A DNA stretch of 57,988 bases from Patescibacteria group bacterium (lineage in GTDB: Bacteria; Patescibacteriota; Minisyncoccia; 2-02-FULL-40-12). The stretch covers positions 1 to 57,988 of the forward strand of contig JBBTQD010000013.1 of assembly GCA_038065855.1 (NCBI GenBank), given 5' to 3'. Shown piece after piece: positions 26,419 to 34,965 of this stretch. Under the pieces are notes generated by a model. It worked only from the letters and a program-made list of their open reading frames with translations, ran no database searches and was not told the origin of the DNA. The position numbers and the translations under genes were made by a program. Each line of letters begins with the position of its first letter. Position 1 is the stretch's first letter.

Positions 26419-27551
26419 TTCAAAAAATTACAATCACACTTGCCGCATTGATTAGGGGGGTCATTTTCGGCCCTGCTCGTTTGATACCCCAGAATCCGCG
26501 CCGGATTGTTGTGGCCCAAATGGGACGCTTAGGTGATATGGTATGTACGACGCCGATCTTTCGGGCGCTAAAAGACCGGTATCCCGAGTGCGAAGTGTTG
26601 GTGGTGGGGATGCCCGGCAATGCCGGGGTTTTAGCCGATCACCCAGATGTTAATCAGTATTATCCGTATTCCGGCAATGCATGGCAACTTGTCAGAATTT
26701 TGCGTACTATGAATGCCGATGCAGCTATTCTTTGCGGTCCTCACGGTTTAGTATTGGCCGTGATGCTTGCTGCCGGAATCCCGGCAGTTATTACTCCGGA
26801 AGTGGTCGGCGGACATAGTCCTTATGAAACCCGAATTTATAAATTCCTGCGGCGTTTTGCTGTAACCAAGCCGCATGACATGCTTAAATACGCCCCGCGG
26901 GAGTATCTAAATCTTTTAGAACCGTTTGGCATCCAGACTGATGATACGCGCAAGGAACTGGCGTATTCATCCTCGGCGCGGCAGTATGTTCAGACAAAGG
27001 CGATTGAAGCCGGCATAACTCTTGGGACAGACATTTGTATCGGTATCACTCCAACAGCCGGCAATAAAATAAAAGAGTGGCCGGCAGAAAGGTTTGGCAA
27101 GTTGGCTAGTATGATTGCCAAAGAGTATGGGACGAAAATAGTTGTGCTTGGCTCGCAGAATGATCACGCGCGAGTTAAAGAGATGCTAACAGCGGTTGAT
27201 TCGGGTGTTAAGATTTGGAATACTTGCGGCCAAATGGATTTAGATCAACTCAAGGCGCTGATTGATAATTTGGATTGTGTTATTGCCGTGGACACGGGGC
27301 CGATTTATATTGCTGAAGCATTTGGTGTCCCTACCATCGATATTGTGGGGCCGATGGATGAGAATGGCCAACCGCCGCGAGGTTCAAAACATATTATCGT
27401 GAAAGCAGATGTTCCCGGGTATCCATTTTTACGGATTATGAATGCCCGGATATATGATCCTATCGGCGCCCGGCAGGCAGTTGAGGCGATCACCCCGGAA
27501 ATGGTTCTGGAAAAATCTAGAGAGCTTTTAAATGATTTAAAAAATAAATGA
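26415..27551 (+). CDS. GT9 glycosyltransferase (ADP-heptose:acceptor heptosyltransferase-like)
   Basis: RRIVVAQMGRLGDMVCTTPIFRALKDRYPECEVLVV (the hallmark GT9 N-terminus); ...KEWPAERFGKLA...VVLGSQND...; DTGPIYIAEAFGVPTI. A sampled line is about 60% GC. Confidence 0.8.
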   Translation: MIQKITITLAALIRGVIFGPARLIPQNPRRIVVAQMGRLGDMVCTTPIFRALKDRYPECEVLVVGMPGNAGVLADHPDVNQYYPYSGNAWQLVRILRTMNADAAILCGPHGLVLAVMLAAGIPAVITPEVVGGHSPYETRIYKFLRRFAVTKPHDMLKYAPREYLNLLEPFGIQTDDTRKELAYSSSARQYVQTKAIEAGITLGTDICIGITPTAGNKIKEWPAERFGKLASMIAKEYGTKIVVLGSQNDHARVKEMLTAVDSGVKIWNTCGQMDLDQLKALIDNLDCVIAVDTGPIYIAEAFGVPTIDIVGPMDENGQPPRGSKHIIVKADVPGYPFLRIMNARIYDPIGARQAVEAITPEMVLEKSRELLNDLKNK

Positions 27552-28918
27552 AAAAAACCATATTTATATCGGCTTATAATCCTTTTATTGCCAGGAATAT
27601 TTTCAATACCGGTGTTTTAGGAGATTTGCGTAAACAAACTGATCTTCAGATCGTTTTATTGGTTCCAGCCGACAAAAAAGATTTTATGGAAAAATATTAT
27701 GGCGGCGATAATATCTTTGTAGAGGCAAGAGATTTTGAGGAATATATAAATAAAAATAAATTTTGGTATCGGCTGGCTTTTTTGCTTCAAAATACTCGGT
27801 ATGTCAAAGACCAGCGAGCCGAACGCCTTTGGAAGAATAAAAATCTCTTCAGATACTTGAATTATTGGTTAGTAAGTTTATCAGCTTTGATTTTAAGCAA
27901 TCTACCTTTAGCCAGAAAAATCTATCGGAATCTGGATTATCATTTTTCATCACAAAACGCCTTTAGTGAATTTTTTGAAAAGCATCAGCCTTTGCTTGTT
28001 TTTTCGACCGACATTTTTGGAGAGACTGATATATTTTTGATAAGAGAGGCTAGAAGCCGGGCTATTCCCATAATCGGGATGGTTCGTTCCTGGGATAACC
28101 CTACTACTAAGGGTATTTTGAGAGTTATACCAGAGAAAATTATCGTAAACAGTCCGGTAATGAAAGAAGAGCTTATAAAATTTCATGATTGCAAAGAAGA
28201 AAATATTTTAGTTGCTGGCTATCCGCAATTTGACAATTGGCTAAATGACCAGACTTTATCCAGAGATGATTTTTTTAAAAAAATAGGAGCTGATCCAGTA
28301 AAGCAGCTTATTTTGTTTGCTCCAGCCGGGAAGGTTCTTTCTGATACTGACTGGCAGCTTTGTCAGATATTGAAAGAAGCGCTTGACGACGGTTCATTGT
28401 CCGTCAATATCCAATTTTTAGTCCGTAACCATCCTCATCACCCGGCTGATCTTTCTATGTTTAAAAAAGATCCCCGGTTTATTATCGAAATTCCGGGCAT
28501 GAGAAATAAAGATTGGAGTGATAAAAAAGTTGAGTACGGGCCGGAAGAAAACGATCATTTGAAAAATTCTATTTACTACTCTGATATCATTATGTATGTC
28601 GCCACCACCTTGGGCTTGGATGCCACCGTTTTTAATAAGCCCCAGATCATGGTGAGCTTCGATGGCTGGGAATCAAAATCATATGTCCAAAGCGTCAGGC
28701 GCTATAACCGAGAAGACTGTTTGCAAAACTTAGTCAGGTGCGGAGGGACTCGAGTGGTTAAAAGCAAAAAAGAATGGATAAAATCAATCAACGAGTATCT
28801 TAGAGATCCGTCTCTTGATCAAGCCGGACGAGACAAAACAGTTACAGAACATTTATATAGAATAGACGGTAAGGCCGGCGAGAGAATAGCTAATTTCATA
28901 TCAGAATTTATTAAATGA
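27548..28918 (+). CDS. Hypothetical protein, possibly a GT-B-fold glycosyl- or glycerophospho-transferase
   Basis: 456 aa with two Rossmann-like halves (KKTIFISAYNPF...; LILFAPAGKV...RNHPHHP...). I recognise no diagnostic motif. Confidence 0.35.
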   Translation: MKKTIFISAYNPFIARNIFNTGVLGDLRKQTDLQIVLLVPADKKDFMEKYYGGDNIFVEARDFEEYINKNKFWYRLAFLLQNTRYVKDQRAERLWKNKNLFRYLNYWLVSLSALILSNLPLARKIYRNLDYHFSSQNAFSEFFEKHQPLLVFSTDIFGETDIFLIREARSRAIPIIGMVRSWDNPTTKGILRVIPEKIIVNSPVMKEELIKFHDCKEENILVAGYPQFDNWLNDQTLSRDDFFKKIGADPVKQLILFAPAGKVLSDTDWQLCQILKEALDDGSLSVNIQFLVRNHPHHPADLSMFKKDPRFIIEIPGMRNKDWSDKKVEYGPEENDHLKNSIYYSDIIMYVATTLGLDATVFNKPQIMVSFDGWESKSYVQSVRRYNREDCLQNLVRCGGTRVVKSKKEWIKSINEYLRDPSLDQAGRDKTVTEHLYRIDGKAGERIANFISEFIK

Positions 28919-30102
28919 TATTCAATGGAGTTAAGATTGAAAACATATTACAATCTTCAAGATTAAGCTTATTAGGGTTGGATGAGAAAGTGCCGTTTGA
29001 AGGTTGGGTTACTTGTCCTTGTTGTGAAAATAGCTTAAAGCCAGTTTGCCAACTAGTTAGCGGTTCCGGCAAAGAAATTAGGTTCGGCCTTTGCGAAAAT
29101 TGCGGATATATGGGCTATATGGATAGACCCACCAAGGATTGGATGAACGATTTTTATAGCCGCGAGTGGGATAAGAGTTTCCCAAAAACCATAGCCGAGA
29201 TTAAAAAAGGGACTATCTTGCCAGGCAAGGGTATTAAGCCATCCCGTTATTTAGCCGCTTCATTGATAGAAGAGATAAAACCAAATAAAGAAAAACCTGT
29301 CTGTGAGATAGGTAGTGGCTATGGCGAGGTTCTTAAATATTTTAGGGACTTCGGATTCAAAAATGTTATTGGTGTCGAAAACTCGAAACACCGAGCCGAA
29401 CTGGTGAGGCGGGTTTTGGGCTTTAATGTTTTGTATGGAGGATTTGAAGATAAAAAGATACAAAATGAGTTATCTAAACAAAAACCAATTGGATTAATTT
29501 TTAGCCACCATGTCCTTGAACATACTTATGATCCGGCCGAGGTTCTGAAAAAAATTTCATCTTTGCAAGAGGAAGGAGATTATTTAATTCTGGCTCTGCC
29601 TAATGTCGATGGAGAACATATAGATTACTCGTTACTTTATCTAGTTCATTTGCATTCGTTTACTAAAGAATCTTTAGAACTACTTTTAAATAAAAACGGC
29701 TACGAAATTATAGCCGACAATTCTCCTGATAATTCCAATATGATAATTGCCGCTCGGAAAACTTTAGATCCCCAGCCAAAATTTAAAGTTAAGCAGAATT
29801 ATTATGATTTAGTTTCAAAGCGCATAAGAAAGGGCTTAGCCATTGATGAAATGAAAAAAACGGTTTTGTATGAACTTTACTGGGAGCAAGGGATTGAAAG
29901 AGATATAGCCGAGATTACAGAAATCGGTTCAGACGGTGTTTTACAAAAAGTTAGCTGGTATTTCAAAAATAAGATTGCTTATATCCGCTCTAGATTTTTC
30001 AAACGATTCACTGCAGGATATACTATGCTTGTATTTCCTATTATCAGCAACTACAATTTTGAAATAAGATTTTCTGATAAAATTACTTTTTTGGTTAAAT
30101 GA
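28915..30102 (+). CDS. SAM-dependent methyltransferase with N-terminal Zn-ribbon
   Basis: CPCCENSL...CENCGYMGY (4-Cys ribbon); CEIGSGYGEVLKYF SAM motif; LIFSHHVLEHTYDP. Confidence 0.65.
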   Translation: MIFNGVKIENILQSSRLSLLGLDEKVPFEGWVTCPCCENSLKPVCQLVSGSGKEIRFGLCENCGYMGYMDRPTKDWMNDFYSREWDKSFPKTIAEIKKGTILPGKGIKPSRYLAASLIEEIKPNKEKPVCEIGSGYGEVLKYFRDFGFKNVIGVENSKHRAELVRRVLGFNVLYGGFEDKKIQNELSKQKPIGLIFSHHVLEHTYDPAEVLKKISSLQEEGDYLILALPNVDGEHIDYSLLYLVHLHSFTKESLELLLNKNGYEIIADNSPDNSNMIIAARKTLDPQPKFKVKQNYYDLVSKRIRKGLAIDEMKKTVLYELYWEQGIERDIAEITEIGSDGVLQKVSWYFKNKIAYIRSRFFKRFTAGYTMLVFPIISNYNFEIRFSDKITFLVK

Positions 30103-30845
30103 TTGAATTATTCGATACTAATTCAATAGAATCCGCTAAAAAAAATATTCGAGTTGCCGCCGGTGGTTTTCGATACGGTTTTATAGTAGATATTTTTCCA
30201 GAAAATATTTATCAAGAACTCGTGGCAACCTTTCCTGATGTTCGCGAGTTTAAATTGGTGGATAAAATGTCAGGTGGAGGGCACAAGCGTTTCTATATCG
30301 CGCCTCATTACGATGTTTCTAAGAATTTCGGCTGCTGGTGTCACTTACGTTTCTTCCCGGCGATATGGAAAAAAGTTTTACAAGAGTCGGCTTCGCCGGA
30401 ATTCATTTCTTTTTTATCTGATGTTATTGGTGTTAAGTTTAATTCATTAGCCACTTTTGGCCATACTTACGGCAATGAGGGTTGCGTTCAAGAACCTCAT
30501 ATTGACGGCGCGGTCCGGGAGGACAGGGGAGAATATCCTTCGACTCTGGCTACTTTGCTTTATTTCAACGAAAGACCGGACAACACCGGCGGGACCTGCG
30601 TTTACGCCACCGACCGGAAGACAGTTTTGTTCCAGGCGCCGAGCCTGCGAAACGGGATGTTATTCTTTGAACAGCATCCCGACGCCTGGCACGGATTTCC
30701 AGTAATGCCTCAAGGAGCTGAAAGGCGGTTGGTCAGTTTGGCTTACGGTTTGGAAGAGCTGCCGATTAATTTAAAAAGCTCTTTATTCCATCGTCTTACC
30801 TGTGTTCCAAGCTATAAAAGAGTAATCAAAAAATTAGTCAGATAA
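30099..30845 (+). CDS. 2OG-Fe(II) oxygenase-superfamily protein
   Basis: EPHIDG (HxD) ... DAWHGF (distal His) ... RRLVSLAY (2OG-binding Arg), with spacing typical of the double-stranded beta-helix fold. Confidence 0.55.
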   Translation: MIELFDTNSIESAKKNIRVAAGGFRYGFIVDIFPENIYQELVATFPDVREFKLVDKMSGGGHKRFYIAPHYDVSKNFGCWCHLRFFPAIWKKVLQESASPEFISFLSDVIGVKFNSLATFGHTYGNEGCVQEPHIDGAVREDRGEYPSTLATLLYFNERPDNTGGTCVYATDRKTVLFQAPSLRNGMLFFEQHPDAWHGFPVMPQGAERRLVSLAYGLEELPINLKSSLFHRLTCVPSYKRVIKKLVR

Positions 30846-30903
30846 CTAGAGTGGATAAGTATTTTGTTGTTTGCTTGATACTTTAATAAAATAGGAATAA
30901 AGC

Positions 30904-32391
30904 ATGCTTAAATTCATTTTACCTCTTTTGATCCTTGGTAGTCTTTTATTTGTCTCTCTTTCCTCTGCCCAAACCGTCCCGGATCTCGGAACTCTTGTAA
31001 AACAGCTCCAAGATCAGATTAAGCTTCTTAATCAGCAGATAGCCGACCTCCAATCTCGCCTTAAACAAACCGAGGAAGAAGTTAAAGTAGTCAAAGCCGA
31101 ATTAAAACTAACCAGGTCTCTAAGAAAGGGCGATTCTAACGATGAAGTAAAACAACTCCAGGAATTTCTTAAACAATTCCCAGATATATACCCAGAGGGC
31201 ATAGCAAGTGGTTTTTTCGGAGAACTAACCGAGAGAGCAGTAAAGAAATTCCAGGAAAAACACGGTATTGAGTCAATCGGTATTGTCGGCCCAAAGACCA
31301 TTCAGAAGTTAAGCGAGTTTTCAGTCAGCGCCCCACCGGGAATTCCGGCTATCCCCGCTATTCCAGCGATTTCGGCCTCACCTTCTTTGCCTTTTCAGCC
31401 GGCTTCAGCATCTCTGCCCACGGTTACTCCGATTACAACCCTAGCCATTCCTGCAACTACAGTAACACCAGCTATACCAGCGGTTTCTGGCGTATCTCCG
31501 GCAGTCCCAGCTCAACCGGCAATACCGGTAACTCCAGCTTCTGCATCAGTATCAAAAACCCCAACCCCAACTCCGACCCCTATCCCAAGTCCAACCCCAA
31601 TTCCGACGCCCACGCCAAGTTCTGCTAAACCATCAGTTGTAACTTTTTCAGGCAATGACGGCACTTGGTGTTATAAATCTGATTATTATCCCGAAGCGCC
31701 CTGGTCCCACAGAGTAACCACAAAGGGTTATTGTCAGGATAATACTGGCGCTTACTTTAATGATTCTTGTCAGAGTGATGGGAAGACTATTGATGAATAT
31801 TCCTGTTTTTATAGCTCTTATTATGATGCCGGAGTTATAAAGAGCACTACTAGATGCGAACGCGACGGCTTAGCTTGTTCAAGCGGTTTAGGCAGTAATG
31901 TCGGCAATGCCTGTTCTAACGGAGTCTGTGCAGCTGCGGCAACTCCGACCCCGACCCCAACCCCAACACCTACTCCTACTCCAACTCCGGCAGCAAGTTC
32001 TCAATATACTATGCAAGGTTCTGACGGTACCTGGTGCATTGACGGCGACTATGGCACTTCCACCCCTGATGGTTCATGGGGGCCGGTTTATATAAAGAGT
32101 GATTGTCAAGATCAATCAGGAACTCTTTATGATTATTGCGATGCCTCCGGCAATGTTCATGACTGGGGCTGCGTTGGCCTGTCGGACGGAACCGGCCGCA
32201 AAGATGTAAAATGTTCTGAATCCGGTTATCAGGTTAGCGGGACAAGTTACGGCAACCGTGGTTATACCTGTTCAGGCGGAGGATTGATAAAGACTAGCTT
32301 GTCTTCAACCCCCGCCACCGCCAATATCCTATACGCTCTGAAAGCAATTCTGCAGAATCTCAGTAACCTTCTCTTTCAGTTGAATCCCTAA
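30904..32391 (+). CDS. Secreted protein: signal peptide, coiled coil, PG_binding_1 domain, Pro/Thr linkers, two Cys-rich modules
   Basis: LILGSLLFVSLSSAQ signal; LRKGDSNDEVKQLQEFL...GFFGELTERAVKKFQEKHGI; PTPTPTP linkers (31558-31620, 31941-31990). The G.DGTWC...CQD..G...D.C pattern is duplicated. Confidence 0.7.
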   Translation: MLKFILPLLILGSLLFVSLSSAQTVPDLGTLVKQLQDQIKLLNQQIADLQSRLKQTEEEVKVVKAELKLTRSLRKGDSNDEVKQLQEFLKQFPDIYPEGIASGFFGELTERAVKKFQEKHGIESIGIVGPKTIQKLSEFSVSAPPGIPAIPAIPAISASPSLPFQPASASLPTVTPITTLAIPATTVTPAIPAVSGVSPAVPAQPAIPVTPASASVSKTPTPTPTPIPSPTPIPTPTPSSAKPSVVTFSGNDGTWCYKSDYYPEAPWSHRVTTKGYCQDNTGAYFNDSCQSDGKTIDEYSCFYSSYYDAGVIKSTTRCERDGLACSSGLGSNVGNACSNGVCAAAATPTPTPTPTPTPTPTPAASSQYTMQGSDGTWCIDGDYGTSTPDGSWGPVYIKSDCQDQSGTLYDYCDASGNVHDWGCVGLSDGTGRKDVKCSESGYQVSGTSYGNRGYTCSGGGLIKTSLSSTPATANILYALKAILQNLSNLLFQLNP

Positions 32392-32445
32392 TCCTAAAAA
32401 TCAAAGTCTTGACTTCTAAAGACTGCGGGTTTTTAATTGCCAAAT

Positions 32446-33021
32446 ATGGCAAAAATCTCTGATCAGATATTTAAGTCAATTCAGGCAAAAATTGATTTAT
32501 TAAAGGATTTTGACCAAATCATGAATATTGATCTAGCCGGCCGTCAGATTATAGATGTTTTGAATAAGGGCAATAAGATTTTAATTGCCGGAAACGGCGG
32601 ATCAGCCGCTGATGCCCAGCATTTTTCGGCGGAACTGGCCGGGAAATTCATATCTGTAAGAAAAGGCCTTCCGGCAGTTGCTTTGACTACTAATTCTTCA
32701 AATATAACTGCGATAGCCAATGACTTTGGCTATGATCAAGTTTTTGTCAGACAGCTTGAAGCTTTAGCAAAACCAGGCGATGTATTTTTTGGGATTTCAA
32801 CCAGCGGCAATTCTGAAAATTTAATAAAAGCTTTGGAATGGGGAAGAAATAATAATTTGATTAATATAGGATTACTTGGCAAAGGCGGCGGGAAAATGAA
32901 AGACTATTGCGATGTTTCAATAATCGTGCCTTCAGACAACACTCAAAACATCCAAGAATCACATATTATGATTATTCATATCCTTTGTCAGATGATTGAT
33001 GAAGCGTTTAGTGGAAAATAA
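32446..33021 (+). CDS. gmhA: D-sedoheptulose-7-phosphate isomerase (SIS domain)
   Basis: ILIAGNGGSAADAQHFSAELAGKF...LPAVALT...TAIANDFGYDQVF.RQL...GDVFFGISTSGNS.N is the classical GmhA signature. I prefer the ATG at 32446 over the listed TTG at 32437. Confidence 0.85.
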   Translation: MAKISDQIFKSIQAKIDLLKDFDQIMNIDLAGRQIIDVLNKGNKILIAGNGGSAADAQHFSAELAGKFISVRKGLPAVALTTNSSNITAIANDFGYDQVFVRQLEALAKPGDVFFGISTSGNSENLIKALEWGRNNNLINIGLLGKGGGKMKDYCDVSIIVPSDNTQNIQESHIMIIHILCQMIDEAFSGK

Positions 33022-33023
33022 AG

Positions 33024-33059
33024 AAGGCCTTGCAAATCGGGAGTGATTTGCAAGGCCTT
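33024..33059 (-). terminator. Perfect 15-bp hairpin between convergent gmhA and the radical SAM gene
   Basis: aaggccttgcaaatc-gggagt-gatttgcaaggcctt. On the minus strand it is followed by ttctttatttt. It lies 27 nt downstream of the rSAM stop. Confidence 0.6.
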
Positions 33060-33086
33060 GAGGATTCATCCCCACGCTGTCGGGGG

Positions 33087-34856
33087 CTACATGTCCAGAA
33101 TTCGGAGGGTTTGGCCGGAGTCGACGTACTCGCGGGCTTGCAGGAACACGTCATTAGGCATGTCGCTGAAGTTCAGCGGTTCGCCGTCCGGGCCGTGAAG
33201 GAGCTTGGTGGCGTCGTCCAGTTCCAGGCAGTAGTTGTAGAACGCTTCGTCGCAGACAGGTTCCCACTTGCCATCGGCCAGTTGGAAGTTCAGGCCAAAG
33301 ACTCGTGTGAGCTCGGCCCGCACCTTGGGGTGATTAATTAGCTCCGTCCCCGGATACCAGGTGAGAGTGAACATGTTTTTGTTCACTGCTTCCTCCGGTA
33401 TGCCGAAGGTTGCGTAGTAATCAATTTGCCACTTCATGAAAGCAACCGTTTGCTTAAGCCGTTCCAACGTTTCGCTGGGGTTGCCCATAATCCAGGTGCA
33501 GTTAGAGTGGATTCCCGCTTCCATGGTGTGCTTGATGCCGTAGACCATGGCTTTGGGAAACCAGTACCTGCGGCCGTCAATCGATACCGGAATCAGGCCG
33601 GCTCTGGTGGTAAATCCTCCTTTACCGAGTTCTTCAAGGGTGTCCAGGTGGGCGCTTTCAGGCCCGAAGCCGATGTAGCGACAGCCGGCCTCGGCCATGA
33701 GATTAACCCTAAGCGGATCCTCAAAGATATAGTCAGTAAAAAAGTTTCTTTCCTTGGACGACTGGGCTGGGTTAGGTTTCAAACCAGCGGCTTCGTCGAG
33801 ACGGGTGTGGGTGCCCCAAGGAATCTTAATGCCTTCCGCGACAATGATATCACGGAGCTCCTTGATCCTCTTGAATGTCACCGCAAAGTTGTCATCCGGC
33901 CAGCTTTTAAAGGCAATGCCGTACTTTGCGGTGTGTTCTTTGATCTCCTCGACCAGATGGCGGGCGGATCTTACATGCCATTTGCGTTCTCCTTGGGCCC
34001 CTCGGTAGCAGTACTTGCAGCCGTAGGGACAACCGCGGGAAGAAACGGAAGTGGTTTTCGGCGCGGTTACAAACGGAGCAGCCGAGCTGTTGTTGGCGCT
34101 CAACCCCCAGGCTTCTGTTTGGATGTACTTTTCGAGGACTTTTTCTCCGTCAACATCTTCTTTTAGAAGCTCGAGATCAGCCCAAGGGAATCTGTCGAGG
34201 TCATCAGGCCTGTCGCCTTCATACATCAGGCGGCCGGAGCCGTCTTTCAGGAGATACGGTTCTAGTTTGCCTGAATTGAGAGCGTGCCGTCTGCTGAATC
34301 GTCGTATGGTCGCCGCGTCGCAGCAGATTTTGACGATGATATCGTCGCCTTCGGAGTGGGCTACCGCATCAAGTTCGGGAATGTAGTTAAACAACCCCGT
34401 CTTCAATTCAGTGGCCAGTCCTCCGCCGGAAACGAGCATCGTATGAGGCACAAGCCGACGGACCATCTTTGCCACAGCTTTCTGCCATTTCAAGGTGGTG
34501 ATCATGCCAGAGAGACAAACAAGATCCGGCTCTCCAAATCTGACGAAGTGGCGTTTGATTTTGTCAAAAGCCTCTTCTTGGGTGAGATGGCGACCATTCA
34601 CTAACCCACGTTTTTGAGCGAGTTCGTCTTTTCTCCGGTAAGCATTGAGGTCGATGAGAGATGCATTGACCCCGTAGTTCCGGATTAGGTTAGTTGCCAT
34701 CAACAATGGTCCCTCGGGTGTGGTGTTTGGTACCGCTGTTTCCCGAAGCGGCATATTGATAAAAACAACGTTTAGCCCCTCAACATCTCTTGTTGCAATG
34801 CCCCTTATCACCTCTGAAGGATGGATATGGGGCTGGATTACGTTTAGATTCGTCAT
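33087..34856 (-). CDS. B12-binding-domain radical SAM enzyme (class B rSAM)
   Basis: N-terminal Rossmann-like cobalamin domain (VVFINMPLRE...PDLVCLSGMITTLKWQKAVAKMVRRLVPHTMLVSGGG). CX3CX2C cluster motif SSRGCPYGCKYCY. ATG at 34856 sits 6 nt after AAGGAGG (34863-34869, rc). The listed TTG at 34862 lies inside the SD spacer. Sampled GC is about 57%. Confidence 0.85.
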   Translation of the reverse strand: MTNLNVIQPHIHPSEVIRGIATRDVEGLNVVFINMPLRETAVPNTTPEGPLLMATNLIRNYGVNASLIDLNAYRRKDELAQKRGLVNGRHLTQEEAFDKIKRHFVRFGEPDLVCLSGMITTLKWQKAVAKMVRRLVPHTMLVSGGGLATELKTGLFNYIPELDAVAHSEGDDIIVKICCDAATIRRFSRRHALNSGKLEPYLLKDGSGRLMYEGDRPDDLDRFPWADLELLKEDVDGEKVLEKYIQTEAWGLSANNSSAAPFVTAPKTTSVSSRGCPYGCKYCYRGAQGERKWHVRSARHLVEEIKEHTAKYGIAFKSWPDDNFAVTFKRIKELRDIIVAEGIKIPWGTHTRLDEAAGLKPNPAQSSKERNFFTDYIFEDPLRVNLMAEAGCRYIGFGPESAHLDTLEELGKGGFTTRAGLIPVSIDGRRYWFPKAMVYGIKHTMEAGIHSNCTWIMGNPSETLERLKQTVAFMKWQIDYYATFGIPEEAVNKNMFTLTWYPGTELINHPKVRAELTRVFGLNFQLADGKWEPVCDEAFYNYCLELDDATKLLHGPDGEPLNFSDMPNDVFLQAREYVDSGQTLRILDM

Positions 34857-34965
34857 TTCCAACCTCCTTGGTAAGGTGCGAAAAGTTCAGAATTATATTA
34901 TCTATTATTTTTTCAAAAATTACAACAATTGACGCGGACTCAAATTATTGTTATTTAAATCTAAT

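Noticed and set aside
32403-32436. A hairpin (agtctt...aagact) plus gggttttt after the Cys-rich protein gene, as a terminator.
   Set aside because: The stem is only about 6 bp with a 7-nt loop, which is too weak to call with confidence.
33030-34932. A series of plus-strand ORFs (33030-33341, 33426-34166, 33754-34008, 34051-34386, 34284-34604, 34720-34932) opposite the radical SAM gene.
   Set aside because: They are antisense to a gene with clear rSAM/B12 motifs and have Arg/Ser/Gly/Ala-rich, motif-free translations. Long spurious ORFs are typical on the opposite strand of GC-rich coding DNA.
34929-34957. TTGACG-17-TATTTA as a promoter for the KdsC-like gene at 34966.
   Set aside because: The -10 match is poor and would leave only about 8 nt before the ATG. 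I cannot support it beyond chance in AT-rich DNA.
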